From: Rebecca billardiae RCC1528
Lineage: Eukaryota > Protista > Haptophyta
DNA: 64,000 nucleotides
Direction: 5' to 3'
Assembly: GCA_965240325.2 (NCBI GenBank)
Contig: OZ251229.1
Location: 2,790,001-2,854,000, forward strand
The notes under the pieces were generated by a model. That model worked only from the letters and a program-made list of their open reading frames with translations. It ran no database searches and was not told where the DNA came from. The position numbers were made by a program, and so were the translations under genes. Of the stretch, positions 12,201-24,531 are shown in pieces. Positions within the stretch are counted from its first letter, which is position 1. The number at the start of each line of letters is the position of its first letter.

Positions 12201-15200
12201 CACCGAGTAGAGCAGCGGCACGTCGCAGTGGTTGGGCAACGCGACCGTCTGCACCGGCGCCTCGGCGAGGCCGACGGGCACGGCCTCGAGCGGGTGCGTC
12301 GCGTGAGGCAGGAACAGCACCCGCTCGGCGTGCCGCAGCGTGCGGCCCACGAGGCGCAGCACGAGCTGCTTCCCGAGCGCGATCGTGAGAAGGACGGGGA
12401 GCTCGTACGTCGCGTCGGGGCGCACGTGGTTCATCGTGAACTCGATGCGCACCGCCTCGCCCACGCCGAGCGTGCCCGAGCGCGGGTACACGGTGAAGAT
12501 CCGATCGTCGACAATCATGTGCTGCTTGAGCTCTGCCGGTGTGGCCTCCCCCTTGTCAGCCCAGTGCTCGACCTCGAGCTCCATCTCCGTGGGGTACTTG
12601 AAGGCGAACTCGACGGGGAGCCCGCCGCCGTTGGACAGGTGCACGTGCGTGACCGACGGCTCCGCGCCCACGGGCCTCGGCTCGAAGAGCACCTCGAACG
12701 TCTTGAGCATCGCGGCGAGCGAGCCGACGTCGCCCGCGGAGACGAGCCCGGTCGCCGAGTTGAGCTGATGCTCCACGTCGCTCAGCTCGTCGCGCAGCTC
12801 GCGGTTGAGCTCCTGCAGGTGCCAGAGGCGCGCGAGCTCGAGCTGGTCGATGCCCGCCGAGCGCACGTCTGCGAACTGCAGGATCGGATAGTCCCCGCGG
12901 CCCGAGACCTCGCACAGCTTGGCGCGGCGCGGCGGCGGCGGCGCCGGCGGCTGCTGCCCGACGAAGCCGAGCGCGGACGGCGCCAGGCTCCGCGCATGCT
13001 CCATCGCCGAGCGGTCCAGCGTCGCCATCGACGGCGCGCGCGAGCTCACCTTCGCGACGGTGCTCGAGAACGCCTCGTCGCCGCCCGTCTGCCCGAGCGG
13101 CGGCCGCTGCTCGTACGTCACCCAGCATGAGTACCGCAGGTCGCCTCGCCGCTGCGGCATCATGCGCAGGCGCACGCGCTTGACGGTGCGCGCGGCGAGC
13201 ACGCCAGACGGCTCGTCGCAGTGCAGCGAGCGCGCCGCCTCGGCGTACGGCGGCGCGTGCGCGGTGGACGCGAGCGTGAGCGCCGTGCCCGCGCCCGCGC
13301 CCGCGCCGCCCGCGCCCGCGCCCGCGCCGCCCTCCGCCGGCGGCCGCTCGACGACAAAATCCAGCTCAAAGTGAACCGCCACGTCAGACGAGTTCTTAAG
13401 CAGAAGCAGCTGCTCGGACGTGTCGCCGACGAGGATCGTCTTGAAGTCGACGAGCGCGGGCAGCGCGCTGAGCGCGCCCTCGTCGCCGCGCCCGCGCACG
13501 CCCAGGATCGTCTTCTCCACCGAGCGGCGCGAGCCGTCGTGCGCCTCGCCCGCCGCGGACACGTACAGCGGCACGGCGAGAGTATAGTCCTTCACCCGCT
13601 GCGGCGCAAACGTCCAGGCGAGCGTCGCGCTCCCGCCGCCCTCGATCTCGCCCGCCGGCTGGTCGACGTCGAGCACGCCGCTCGCGGCCTCGGGCACGTC
13701 GAAGGCGTACACGAGCGGGATGCGCGAGGTGTTGGTGAGCGTGTGCGTCGCGACCGAGGACACGCCCACGGCGGTCGGGCGGAAGTAGAGCATGCCGTCG
13801 TTTGACAGCTTCACCGAGGGCGTCATTCCTTGCCCGTGCACGGGGAGCGTGACCGTCGTCGCCTCCGAGCCGTTGAGCACGCAGCGCAGCACGCGGCGCA
13901 CGCTGGCCTCGGACGGCGGCGCGAAGCGCACGGCGACGAGCGCGCTCTCGCCGCGCTGCAGCACGCCCGCGCTCGGCCGGACCGAGAACACACCCGAGCG
14001 ATCCGGACTGAACGCAAACGCCAGCGGCGTGTCGCCCGTGTTGCTCAGCGACGTGGTCAGGTGCGCAGCGTCGCCCACGTGCGTCGCCGGGAACGTGAGC
14101 GAGCGCGCGCCGAACGACGCCTTGGGCACGAAGCCCGGCCCGCCGTGCTCGAACGAGTGGCCGGTCGCGAGCAGCGGCAGCGCCCACGGCGGCGTGAAGT
14201 TCGCCTCGGACACGAGGCGGAACGTGCGCATCGACTTGAACGCGGCAAAGCACTCGAGCGTCTGCGCGTAGTAGCACGCCTCCGCCGGCGGCGTGAACGT
14301 GACGAGCACGGACGCGGACGCGCGCGGCGGCACGTCCACCACGGGCGGCTCGACGCGGAACACCGGGCGGTCGTTCGGCGCGCCCGGCCGGTCCGAGCCG
14401 ATGTGGTACTTGCGCGGCACGGCCCACGTGCACTGCACGCGCGAGTCGGTGCCGTTGAAGATGCGCACGCGCTGCGGCGCGCCCGACGTGCCGCGCGCGA
14501 CCGCGCCGTAGTCGACGTGGCCCAGCTCGAGCCGCACGGGCGGCTCGTCGACGGGCGACGCGCCGAAGATGGCGGCGAACACCGCCACCTCGGCGTGCTG
14601 CGCGGAGAGGTCGGCGAACGGCTCGAGTGCGTCGGCGAGCTCGCCGCGCCGCTCGTCCAGCTCGTCCATGCCGACACCTTTCCAGCCCGCGAGCACGCGC
14701 CGCCGCCAGTTGTCCACGTGGCGCTGCTTGATCGGCATCGGCCGGCGCTTGTCCGACGACTTGGTGTCGCCGTACCCCGAGCCCAGCAGGTCGACGAACT
14801 GCGCGCCCTGGTGCTCGAACAGGATGTACACGCGCCGGTAGTAGTTGACCGGCTCGTCCGGGCAGAAAGCAAACGTGACGCTTACAGACGAGCGGAAGGG
14901 GATGACGCCCTCGTTCTGGTCCGGGCCGAACGCGCCGTTCGGGTCGGCGAGCACGGCGAAGCGCACGGGGAGCGGCGAGCCGTTGTGCAGCGAGAGCACG
15001 CGCCGCACCGTGCGCCGCGGCAGCACGAGCTCGACGTCGCCAAAGTCGAGCGAGTGCGTCGAGAGAGACATGCTCGGGCCGAGCGCGTCGCCGCGCACCG
15101 TCATGCGCAGCGACATGCCCGCGGGCGTGCGGATCGTGTAGTGCTCCTCCGAGTGCGTGCCGGTCGCGCGCGGCTTGTACGTCACCTGCGCGCGCGAGCG

Positions 15201-16557
15201 AGAGCGGGCGGCGGCGGCGGCGGCGCGCGCGCGCGGCGGGCGGCGGTGCCGAGCGGGTGAGCGGACGTGAGCGGCTGTTGCTTCGCGCTGGGCGCGGCGC
15301 GCCGGGGCGTGCCCGCGCCGTGGCGTGCCCGCTCCAGAGCGTGCCGCACCGGCGCGTGCCCACACCACGCGTGCCCACTCCGCACGTGCCCACTCCGCAC
15401 GTGCCCACACCGCGCGTGCCCGCGCCGCACCGTGATGATCTTGACGCCGTCGGACGGCACCGCTCCGCTCGTGGGCGCGAAGGTGAAGACTGGCTGGCGG
15501 TCGCTCTCCTCGCGCGAGATCTCGAAGGACGCGTGGACGAGCGAGGGGTTGCGCAGGCGGAACGACTTGGTCGCCGTCGTCGACGTGAGCACCGCGCCGA
15601 ACTCGATCTCCGTCGAGAGCACGTCCAGGTGCGGCAGCTTGCCGATCCCTCCGACCCGCAGCGGGTAGCGCAGGTGCGTGAGCGCGCCGTGCGAGTCGTA
15701 CTGCGCGCACGTGAAGTGCGCGACGCTCGCGGTCGCCTCGGTGGGCGCGAAGGTGATCTTGATCGGCGCGGACGAGTACGGCGCGATGTGCCCCTGCAGC
15801 GGCGCGATCGTGAACGGCGGGATCGACTCCCACTTAAAGCCGGCCGGCAGCTCGCCTAGGTTGCGTATCGTGAACGTGCGCGTCGTCGACTCGTTGACCG
15901 GCCAGAAGCCAAAGTCGAGGTGCGCGGGCACGTGGAGCTCGGTGGAGGGGACCGTCGCCTTGATCGGGATGAACATGCTCCCCTTCGGCGTGAGCAGCTC
16001 GATGTGGTCGTCGTACGGCGCCTTGGTGATCGGGCGGAACGAGACCTCGAGCACCTTGCTCATGCCCGACGACAGCTTGAACCACTCGGGGAAGCCCATC
16101 GAGAAGTACTTGGTCTCGGGCAGGCGGTACCGCAGCTTCTGCACCTCGCCCGAGAGGTTCTTGATCACGAGGCGCTTCGTGTACTCGCCGCCCGGCTCGC
16201 TGCGGCGCGCGCGCGGCGCGCGGCGAGCGGCGCGGCGCGCGTGGCGGCCGATCGCGTCGGCGCGCGGATGTGCCGCGCGCGCGGCGGCGCGCGGCCCTGG
16301 CGTCCGCGCGCTTGCCCTCCGACCAGCCCATCCCTCCCACGCCGCCCCATCCATCGCTCGCTCGCTCGCTCGCTCTGCGCGCGGCGCCGCACGCACCAGT
16401 CGTGCCAGAGGAGCGACTCCACGCCCACGTCGAGCTTGAACTTGCGGATGCGCTCCTCGCGCGTGAGGAAGACGACGGGCTCGCGCACCTCGTCCGGGAG
16501 GACGGTGCGCTGCATGGTCGAGCGCGTGTCCGCGGCATCGCCGCCCGCCACGCCCAT
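9202..16557 (-). CDS. CFAP65: Cilia- and flagella-associated protein 65 (multiple ASH/MSP Ig-like domains)
   Basis: EPGGEYTKRLVIKNLS...YRLPETKYFS, tandem LDFG...L.N Ig-like repeats, PVNYYRRVYIL, C-terminal QEVLEGALFNLLAESAYGE. Predicted introns 16200-16396, 15186-15430, 10642-10769, 10292-10383, 9900-10177, 9541-9761. Stop TGA at 9202. Confidence 0.88.
15345..15420. repeat. Intronic 15-bp minisatellite (~5 copies)
   Basis: Repeats of CACGTGCCCACTCCG / CGCGTGCCCACACC inside CFAP65 intron 15186-15430. Confidence 0.7.
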
Positions 16558-16790
16558 CGCCGACGCGCGCGCGGCAGGCGCAGCCAGCTGTGCTGCCACT
16601 TGCTGCTTGCACGGCAACTGCAAACGTAACAATGGCGGCCACACCCAACGCGTCCTTGGAATAACGGTGAGTCCGGACGTCGTGTGGCCGGTGAGTCCGG
16701 CCTGCCGTCGACGCAGCGGTGACGAAGCGCAGCCTGGCGACCTGAGCGATTCGCGGCCGCCAGGGACAGTCGTCGGCCCGCGAGGACAGC

Positions 16791-17535
16791 ATGCTGGCGA
16801 TTGCAGGCCGGCTGGCGCGCGGTGCGGCGCGGCGCCGGCGCGAGCGAGAGCGCTCGACGCGCGGGTCGGCGCTCCAGACGTGTGGCATTCGGCCTGGGGC
16901 CGCTCACGCTCGCGCGCTCCGGCCCACGCGCGCGCGCGCGCAGGCCCGGCGCTGCGAGCGCTCCAGCCAGCGTGCGCGAATGGCGTGGCGCGCATGCTGG
17001 CGCCCGTGCACTGGTGCGCACCGCGCGCGAGCGTACGCCCCCGGCCCGCGCATCGAGCCTCGCGCGCCCCGCGTCCCGACCGCCGCTGCCGCCGCGCGGC
17101 CGTCCGCATCGCGCGCGCTCGCGCCGCGCGCGCAGCCGGCTGCTGAGCACCAAGTTTCCCGTGCCGAGCATGGGCGACTCGATCTCGGAGGGCACGATCG
17201 TCGAGATCTCTAAGAGTGCGCGCGCGGCGCCCACCGCGCGCCGGCGTGGCCCGCGCCGGCCGACGCCGACGCCGGCTCACGCGCCGCGCGCATCCCGCCG
17301 GCCGCGCGCCGCGCGCGCCGCGCGGCTCGGCTCGCGCGCGCGCAGAGGTGGGCGAGCACGCGGGCACGGAGGAGGTTGTGGCGTCGATCGAGACGGACAA
17401 GGTGACGATCGAGGTGCGCACCACCGAGGCCGGCACCATCGCCGAGTGGTTCGCCGCCGAGGGCGACACGGTCGTCGTCGGCGCCCATCTCTACGCAATG
17501 AACGTGGGCGAGGGACAGCCCGCCGCCGCGCCCGC

Positions 17536-17574
<39 letters not shown>

Positions 17575-18552
17575 GTCGGAGGGCGCGAAGGAGGCGGCGC
17601 CAGCGCCGGAGGCGAAGGCGGAGGCGAAGGCGCCGCCGCCCAAGCCCGCGCCCGCCGCCAAGCCCGCCGAGCCCGCGCCCGCCGCCGCCGCCGGCTCGTC
17701 GGGCGCGGAGCCCGCAGGCGCGCGCGCGGAGCGGCGCGTTCCTATGAGCCGCATGCGGCAGCGGATTGCGGAGAGGCTCAAGTCTGCGCAGGACACGTGC
17801 GCGCTGCTCACGACGTTCAACGAGGTGGACATGTCGACGCTGATGGCGCTGCGCACGAAGCACAAGGACGCCTTCGAGAAGGCGCACGGCGTCAAGCTCG
17901 GCTTCATGTCGTGCTTCGTCAAGGCGGCGTGCGTCGCACTCACAGAGCAGCCGGCGGTCAACGCCGTTATCGACGGCACGGACATCATCTACCGCGACTA
18001 CATCGACATCTCGGTGGCGGTGTCCTCGCCGAAGGGGCTGGTCGTGCCCGTGCTGCGCAATTGCCAGGACCTCTCCTTCGCCGGCGTCGAGGCCGAGATC
18101 GGGCGGCTGGGCAAGATGGTGCGTGCCGCCGCCGGCGCGCGCGCGGCCAGGCGCGAGGTCCACGCGCGCGCGCGCGCACCGTGCCGCGCGCCACCGCGGC
18201 CGCTCACGCGCGCGCGCGGCCCGCGCCGCGGCCGCGTGCGCGCGCGCAGGCGCAGAAGGGGCAGCTCGCGATCGAGGACATGGTGGGCGGCACGTTCACC
18301 ATCACCAACGGCGGCGTCTTCGGCTCGCTCATGTCGACGCCGATCGTGAACGTGCCGCAGTCGGCGGTGCTCGGCATGCACGGCATCCAGCAGCGGCCGG
18401 TGGCCGTGGACGGGCAGGTGGTGATCAGGCCGATGATGTACATCGCGCTGACGTACGACCACCGGCTGATCGACGGGCGGGAGGCGGTGACCAGCCTCAA
18501 GCGCATCAAGGAGCTGGTCGAGGACCCGCACCGCTTCCTGCTCGAGGTCTGA
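16791..18552 (+). CDS. DLST: Mitochondrial dihydrolipoyllysine-residue succinyltransferase (2-oxoglutarate dehydrogenase E2)
   Basis: Spliced transit peptide [17 protein letters not shown]..., lipoyl domain [12 protein letters not shown]...[10 protein letters not shown], catalytic domain [13 protein letters not shown]...[10 protein letters not shown]...[20 protein letters not shown]...[12 protein letters not shown]. Introns 16822-16943, 17014-17135, ~17217-17345, ~18119-18249. Confidence 0.96.
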
Positions 18553-20552
18553 GAGCGCGCCCAACGCGCGCGCCGTCGCACGCGCTGCGAACCGGCGGCG
18601 GCGCCCAGGTGCGTGCAGCCGCCAGCCAGGGCTGCCAGCGCGGGCGTGGCCGAGGCAGCGCCCCGCGCGCGCCGCCGCCTGGCGCGCGCGTTGCGGGCAC
18701 GGGCCGTGGCCGTGTGGAGTGCCACCGGGCCAATGTGCGCGTGGCTCGTGCGGTACCGTTTCGATAGTATAGTATCATACGTCCTGGAAACCCAGGAGAA
18801 CCGAAACGGGCACGACTTCACGCTGGGGTCGGGGACCAGCCCGTCGCAGGCCTTTTTTTGACGCCCCACTTTGTCGTAGCCGGGTCACATAAGCGGAATT
18901 CACGTACAGTACCCACTTACGCGCTCGATAGGACAAAAGCCGCTCGTCGTTCGATCAAAAACCGCTCGTCGTTCGGCGCTTTGCGTGCTCACATTCACGC
19001 GAATCGCATCGGCCCATCATTCGTCGTGTCGCGAGTTCACACTTCACATTCACACGAACCGTCACTTTCTCGCTGGACATTTCACGAGCGAAAGGGCGCG
19101 CTGATAGTGGCACGCGGGTATCATCTTGCATTGGACTACGAGCATCGGAGCAACCTCGCGCGGCCTCGCGTCGACGACGTCCCGCGAAGGACGACGCGGA
19201 CGGAGCCCACACCATTCCGAGGGTCGCCCTTGCGATTGACGTCTCGTTCGGTGCCGCGACGAGCGGCTCGCGTGCGGCGCCAAGCGAGCGACGCGGGGCG
19301 CGCGGCGGGCGCACGCGCGAGGCTGCCCACCACGCGCACGCGCGCGAACCCGCCGGCTCGGGCAACACGCGCCGCCTCAGCTCGAGCACGAGCGCGAGGC
19401 GTGGTGCCGGCTCGCCGTGGCGGCGGAGGGCTCGACCTGCACTGCGTGCGACGAGCGGCTCGCCTGCGGTGCCAGCGGATGAAGCGGCAAGCCCGGCGGG
19501 CGCATACGCGCGGGTCCCCCCTCCACGCGCGAGCGCGCGATTGCGTGTTCCACGAGCTGCAGCAGGCGGCCGCGGGCTGGTCGGCGGCCGACGAGGTCGG
19601 CGGAGTGCCGCCCGGCCCGCGTTCTCGCTTGGGCGCGGGCCACACTCTCACTCACAGCGCGGGGCGTGGTGCTGCAGACGGGCCGGTCATTGCAGCGCGC
19701 ACTCCGTGGTCAGACATGCACACGCGCGCGCGTCGTCAGCCCCGCCGCTGCGCCCCTGTGGCGCCCTTGGCAGCGTCGGAATTCCGAGCTCGAGCCACCG
19801 GCCGCGAGCCATCTCATGCGTTTCAGAAACAGGTTTCCAGCCCAAGTTGACGCGCAGCGCCAACCTATATACTGCTGTTGTCATATACCAGGTTAGTCGT
19901 CCGCCTGCCGCTCGGGGAACGTCCGCGGAGTAACGGTTTCACGGCCCTATTATAAATGGTGGCGGTTTGGGGCCACGGCTCGGTGGTTGGAAACCGGTGC
20001 GAGCGAGCTCGGGCGACAGGCGGCGGACAGGGCCACTGGCGCCCCTCGAGGTGCGCACGCACCAGCAATTCGCGACGCGGTAGTCGCGGCTCACGCCGGC
20101 TCGCGCTCGTTGGCAGCACTGCGAGTGCGAAGCCGGACGCGACCGGTCGCACGCGGTGGCGGCACAACTTTTACCCGGTGCCGATTCATGCGCATGCGCC
20201 TTCGTCGTCTGAGCCTGAATGCCGGAGGCCACTGCCCGGACCAAACCACTTAACCACGGCCCTTGCCGCCCACCGGCAGCACCACAGCCCGCCGGCCAGC
20301 CCGGCGGGCGACACTTGTCACTGCGTCTGCGGTCATTGACTGTGACGGGCCTGCCGGAACTCCGAAGGCGCCGATCTGAGAGTACTATAGACTAGTCGGG
20401 GACCGGCCGAGCAGTTGTGAGTTGACGCGCCAAGCAGTTCTGGCCGGACAGTGACACGGGACAGGCCGGAGCCGAAGCGCCGGGAGGCTAGACGCCGCTA
20501 CTCAGGCCATTTACGACCCCCATTACAATCAGGTCGTTGCGCGCCACGCACG

Positions 20553-22073
20553 TCAGCCGCTGCGGCTGCCCCACTCCGCCGCCTCGTGCGCGCCACTGGA
20601 GTCGGCCGCGCTGCTGCTGTCGAGGCCGCCGCGCGCCGCGCCGACGCCGCTCGGGCGTGCGAGGCGCGTGCCGCCTGCTGGGCCGGTCGCGAGGCCGGCC
20701 GGCGGCAGTGGCGCAGGCGGGCGCAGCATGTTGTCGACGAGAGCGTGTGCGGGCACGCCGCCGCACAGCGCGCGTGCCGCGCCGAGCACGTCCGGAGGCG
20801 CGCGCAGCGCGTGCGCGCAGATGTTGGCCAGCTCGCCGACGCGCTCCGTGCCATACAGCGCGAGCGCCGCGCTGCGGCCCGGCCGGGCGCCGCCGTCGCG
20901 GAGCGCGCCGATGCGGCCGAGCAGCGCTCGGAAGAAGAGCAGGAGCGAGCGGCGCAGCGCGGGCGCGCGCCCAAGCGCGACGTCGACGAAGGCGGGGAAG
21001 AACTCGGCCTCGACGCCGCCGAAGACGCGCGCGAGCATGAGCGAGGCGTCCAGATGCGCCTCGACGCTCGGCGGTGGCGTCCTGCCGCGCAGATCCGACC
21101 GCTGCTGCTCAGCTGTTGCGCCGCGCGCGCTCGGCGCCGGCGGCGCGCCGGGCGCCAGCAGCTCGCACAGGCGCAGCTCGAGCTCAAGCACGTGCACGTA
21201 CTGCCCGGCGCAGCTGAGGCCGTGCCGCCGTGCGCGGCTCTCGGCGTCATCGCCGCACAGCGCGGCGAGCAGCAGCTCGAAGGTTGCGAGGGGCACGCGC
21301 GGCGCGCCGCCGCCCGCGTCGGCAGCCGCGGGCGACGCGCCCGCAGCGGGGGCGCCGCACGCGTGGCACTGCAACGCGAGGCTGAGCGCCGGGAGGAGCC
21401 CGGCGGCGAAGAGCTGCTCGCGCGCGCCCTCGTCCCGCCCGTACGCCACGCGCGTGAGCACGCGCAGCAGCCTGAGCACCGCGCCCTCCTCGCCCGCGTG
21501 CGCGCGCAGCGCGCGCACCATCGCCGGCAGCAGGCCTGAGCCGAGGAGTTCGCGCGCGCTGTGCGCGCACGTCCAGGCGCGCGCGGGCTGAGACTCGAGG
21601 CGGCACAGCGCGTCGGCGAGGCGTGTGCGCGGGCACGCGAGCGACGCGGCGAGGCGCTCCCACCGCGTCGCCGCCACCTCGCACAGCAGCGCCGTGCCGG
21701 GGCAGCGCAGCGGCAGCGCGCCGCCAAAGGCTGTTGCGTGCGCGCACGCCATGCGCTCGAGCAGGGAGGAGGCGCGGCCGGCATGGAAGGCGCGGCACGT
21801 GGCGGCGAGGCTGAGCACGTCTTCTGGCGAGGGGAGCGCCGCGCCGATGCGCTCGATCATGGCCGGCGGCAGCGAGAGCAGCGCGCACGCGCTGCGCGCG
21901 GCGGGCCGCTTCGCGGCGCCACGCGTGCGCGAGCGCGCAGACGCGCCGCCGCGCAGCATGGCGGCGAGCTCGTCAGCGTACGCGCTTGCGCTGGTTCGGT
22001 CTCGCCTGGCCAGTGCCTCGCGAACGAGGGCGTACACTCGGTCGGCCGCGGCGAGCTCCGCGTGCGGCTCCAT
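20553..22073 (-). CDS. F-box-like and armadillo-repeat protein
   Basis: 506-aa ORF with ATG. F-box-like LLSLPPAMIERIGAALPSPEDVLSLAATCRAF followed by ARM-like helices (ELLGSGLLPAMVRALRAH; EQLFAAGLLPALSLALQCH). Confidence 0.6.
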   Translation of the reverse strand: MEPHAELAAADRVYALVREALARRDRTSASAYADELAAMLRGGASARSRTRGAAKRPAARSACALLSLPPAMIERIGAALPSPEDVLSLAATCRAFHAGRASSLLERMACAHATAFGGALPLRCPGTALLCEVAATRWERLAASLACPRTRLADALCRLESQPARAWTCAHSARELLGSGLLPAMVRALRAHAGEEGAVLRLLRVLTRVAYGRDEGAREQLFAAGLLPALSLALQCHACGAPAAGASPAAADAGGGAPRVPLATFELLLAALCGDDAESRARRHGLSCAGQYVHVLELELRLCELLAPGAPPAPSARGATAEQQRSDLRGRTPPPSVEAHLDASLMLARVFGGVEAEFFPAFVDVALGRAPALRRSLLLFFRALLGRIGALRDGGARPGRSAALALYGTERVGELANICAHALRAPPDVLGAARALCGGVPAHALVDNMLRPPAPLPPAGLATGPAGGTRLARPSGVGAARGGLDSSSAADSSGAHEAAEWGSRSG

Positions 22074-22178
22074 CGTCCACGTGGACGGCAGTGCAAGTAA
22101 GAAAGGGGGCGGCCGGCAGCGAAGGCAAGGGTGAGCGCTGCTGGATGGAGGTTGAAGCCAAACCCGACGAGCGGCGTA

Positions 22179-24102
22179 CAGGTCGCTGCTTCAACTTTCG
22201 GACCCGATTGCTGTTCACTTTTTGTGCACGATGGCGGCGGCGCCCCCGGGGGTCTGCGGCGCTCGAGATCGCGTCTGGCGGCACCCCCAGGGTGTGCCTG
22301 AGGTACAACCCAGCGGGTATGTACCATTTAGACGACTTTGTTCCACTACCATGTGCCCCACGGACGCCACGAGGTCCACGACGGGGCCGCCGACGGCATG
22401 CTTCAACTTTCAGACCCGCGGGCTCTCAGCGCGCGCGCCGAGTCAGAGCCGCTGTCTGGTGAGCCGTGTGAGTCGGGCTAACGGCATCATGCACTCTAGA
22501 TACCACATACATGCAGCAGACCACCTCAGGGATTCACTAGGCTTCCGCGCCACCGCCAGCCGGCGCTGCGGCTGCGCGGCCAGCACGGTCGACGACGACA
22601 GCTCATACTGACGCGGCGGTGCCCGGCGCGGCCGGCGCCGGCGCCGACTGCTTGCGAGCTTCCGAGCACTCGGCCTTCTTGCACAGCCACCCTCGGAGAT
22701 CGATCTTCTGGCACGTCGGGCAGCGTCTCGCCTTCGCCATCGGGCAGGGTGACACGCCGCACGAGCAGGTCTGGTGACAGCGGTCGAAGCTCGCCTCGAG
22801 CTCAGCAGCAGCTGCCTCCGCCTCCGCCTTCTTCCGCGCACGCTCGGATGCGGCCGCCGCCTTGCGCGCCGCCTCGGCCTCCTTCTGCGCGGTCTGCGCG
22901 GCCTTCTGCGTGTTGATCTCACGCAACGACCACGAGCCATTTTGGCTGTCGAGCCGCGTGTTGTCCGGCTTCGGCGCGGCGAGCTCCACGGCGGGCACTG
23001 GAAGGACACCGAGCTGGTCTGCGAGCTCACCCGGGTCGAACCTCACCGCCTTGCGCACCGCGGCGAGCTCGGCGTCGTGCTCATCACGCTCGCGCACGAG
23101 CTTGGCGGCCTGGCGGCCGGAGTACTCCTTGGCGAGCTCGAGCTTGGCGCGGAGGGCTGGAGCAGTGTTCGAGCGCATCCCCGCAGGCGTGGCTGTGAAC
23201 GCACTAAACGTAGGTGATGCGTGCGCGCCAGAGGGCTCGCCGTCGTCGGCCGAGCGCGCAGCCCCGCGCTCCGGAGTGCTTGGCGCCGCTGCCGGCGCCG
23301 CCGCCGCGAGCGACGCGGCATCGGCCTCCTCCTCTTGCCGCCTGCGCTCCGCCTTCGCCTGTGCGGCATCGAGACGATCCACGAAGTCCTTCCTGTTGAT
23401 CTGGTCCGGGTCCAACACGTTGCCCGTGATGCCCACCTTGCGCCACGCGTTGATGATGTCAAAGGTGTCACACCACGAGAACCACGCACCCGGCGTGGAC
23501 AGCTCCTCACAGCCGCCGAGGATCTGGAGGAACTCGCGGAGGCCGATCGTGGGCTCCTTGCCGTAGCTCGCCGTGTACGCGTGCTTGAAAGACGCCAGGC
23601 CCTTCTGGTATTGCGAGTGGAACTTGTGGTTGTACTGATCGAGAGCCTTCACGGTGCGTGCGGCCGCGCGAGGGCGGAGAGGTGATTGTGCGCGCGTCGC
23701 GCGCGCGCGCCGGGCCGATTGCACGCCAGGTACACCCGGGGCACGCGCGCGCGCCGGAGAGGCGCTGCAGCCGTCCGCGCGCACGGGCGCCTACCTGTAG
23801 CAAGTGCGACGTGTTCGGCTCCTCGGTGAAGATGCGGATGCCGAACTCGGACTCAGCAGTGCCGAGGGCTGCGAGCACGTCCTCCGTGTACCGCGACGAG
23901 TGGTTGTCGAGCAACAGCACGATCGGGAAGGCGATGGGCTCCAGCCCCACAGCCACCAGAGCTGCGTTGAGGTCACCAGACGCGCCGACAGGCCGCCTAG
24001 CCCTGCCGCGCGGCGCCCGCCACACAGCAGCCGCTGCGCGAGGTGCGTCGCCATCGCCGGGTCTGAAAGACGAAGCAGTCCGAAAAACGAAGCAGCGACC
24101 TG
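22179..24102 (-). mobile_element. Internally deleted pogo-type (Tc1/mariner-related) DNA transposon
   Basis: TA|CAGGTCGCTGCTTC at 22179 and GAAGCAGCGACCTG|TA ending 24102. Inner subterminal repeats TGCTTC...TTTCAGACCCG at ~22399 and (inverted) ~24058. Contains a DDE_1-type transposase remnant. Confidence 0.88.
22603..23975 (-). pseudogene. 5'-truncated DDE_1 (pogo/Fot1-like) transposase
   Basis: PIVLLLDNHSSR...IFTEEPNTSHLLQ|ALDQYN joined across GT-AG intron 23647-23794; IINAWRKVGI; Cys-rich C-terminus. No HTH domain or first catalytic Asp upstream. Confidence 0.82.
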
Positions 24103-24531
24103 TAACAAATCATATCGCGTCATCATCCCTGGCCAGCGACGCGGAATATTCTCAGCGCAGGACCTCGAATCGCGCGCAAATTTGGCGAATCTGGAGGATG
24201 CTATGTGGATGCCGTGGTCCTACCCCTGATCCATTCCCGGTTCCTTTGATGAGATGTTGTGCATGTGTATGTATGAAATCGGAATTGCGGAGTATCAACT
24301 GTGTGCACGTTATAATAAAACATAGTAAACTGTACCTGCGTGGGTGCGTCGGCTCCTGGGAACCGTTAATATCGGCAAGTTCGCGGGCATATGGTATGTA
24401 AGCTGATGAAAGGAATACCCGCAAGAGGTAATAGTGAGCGAGGATCAGTCGTTGCCGATGCGGGCCTTCGGGAATCTGACAGGAATCGAAGGTCGCTCGT
24501 GAGCGGGTGGACCTCGGTGGACCCCGACCCG

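Noticed and set aside
18760-20450. Gene or transposon in this intergenic stretch
   Set aside because: ORFs lack protein-like composition, and only a short partial inverted match (CTGGAAACC/GGTTTCCAG) without a TSD was seen.
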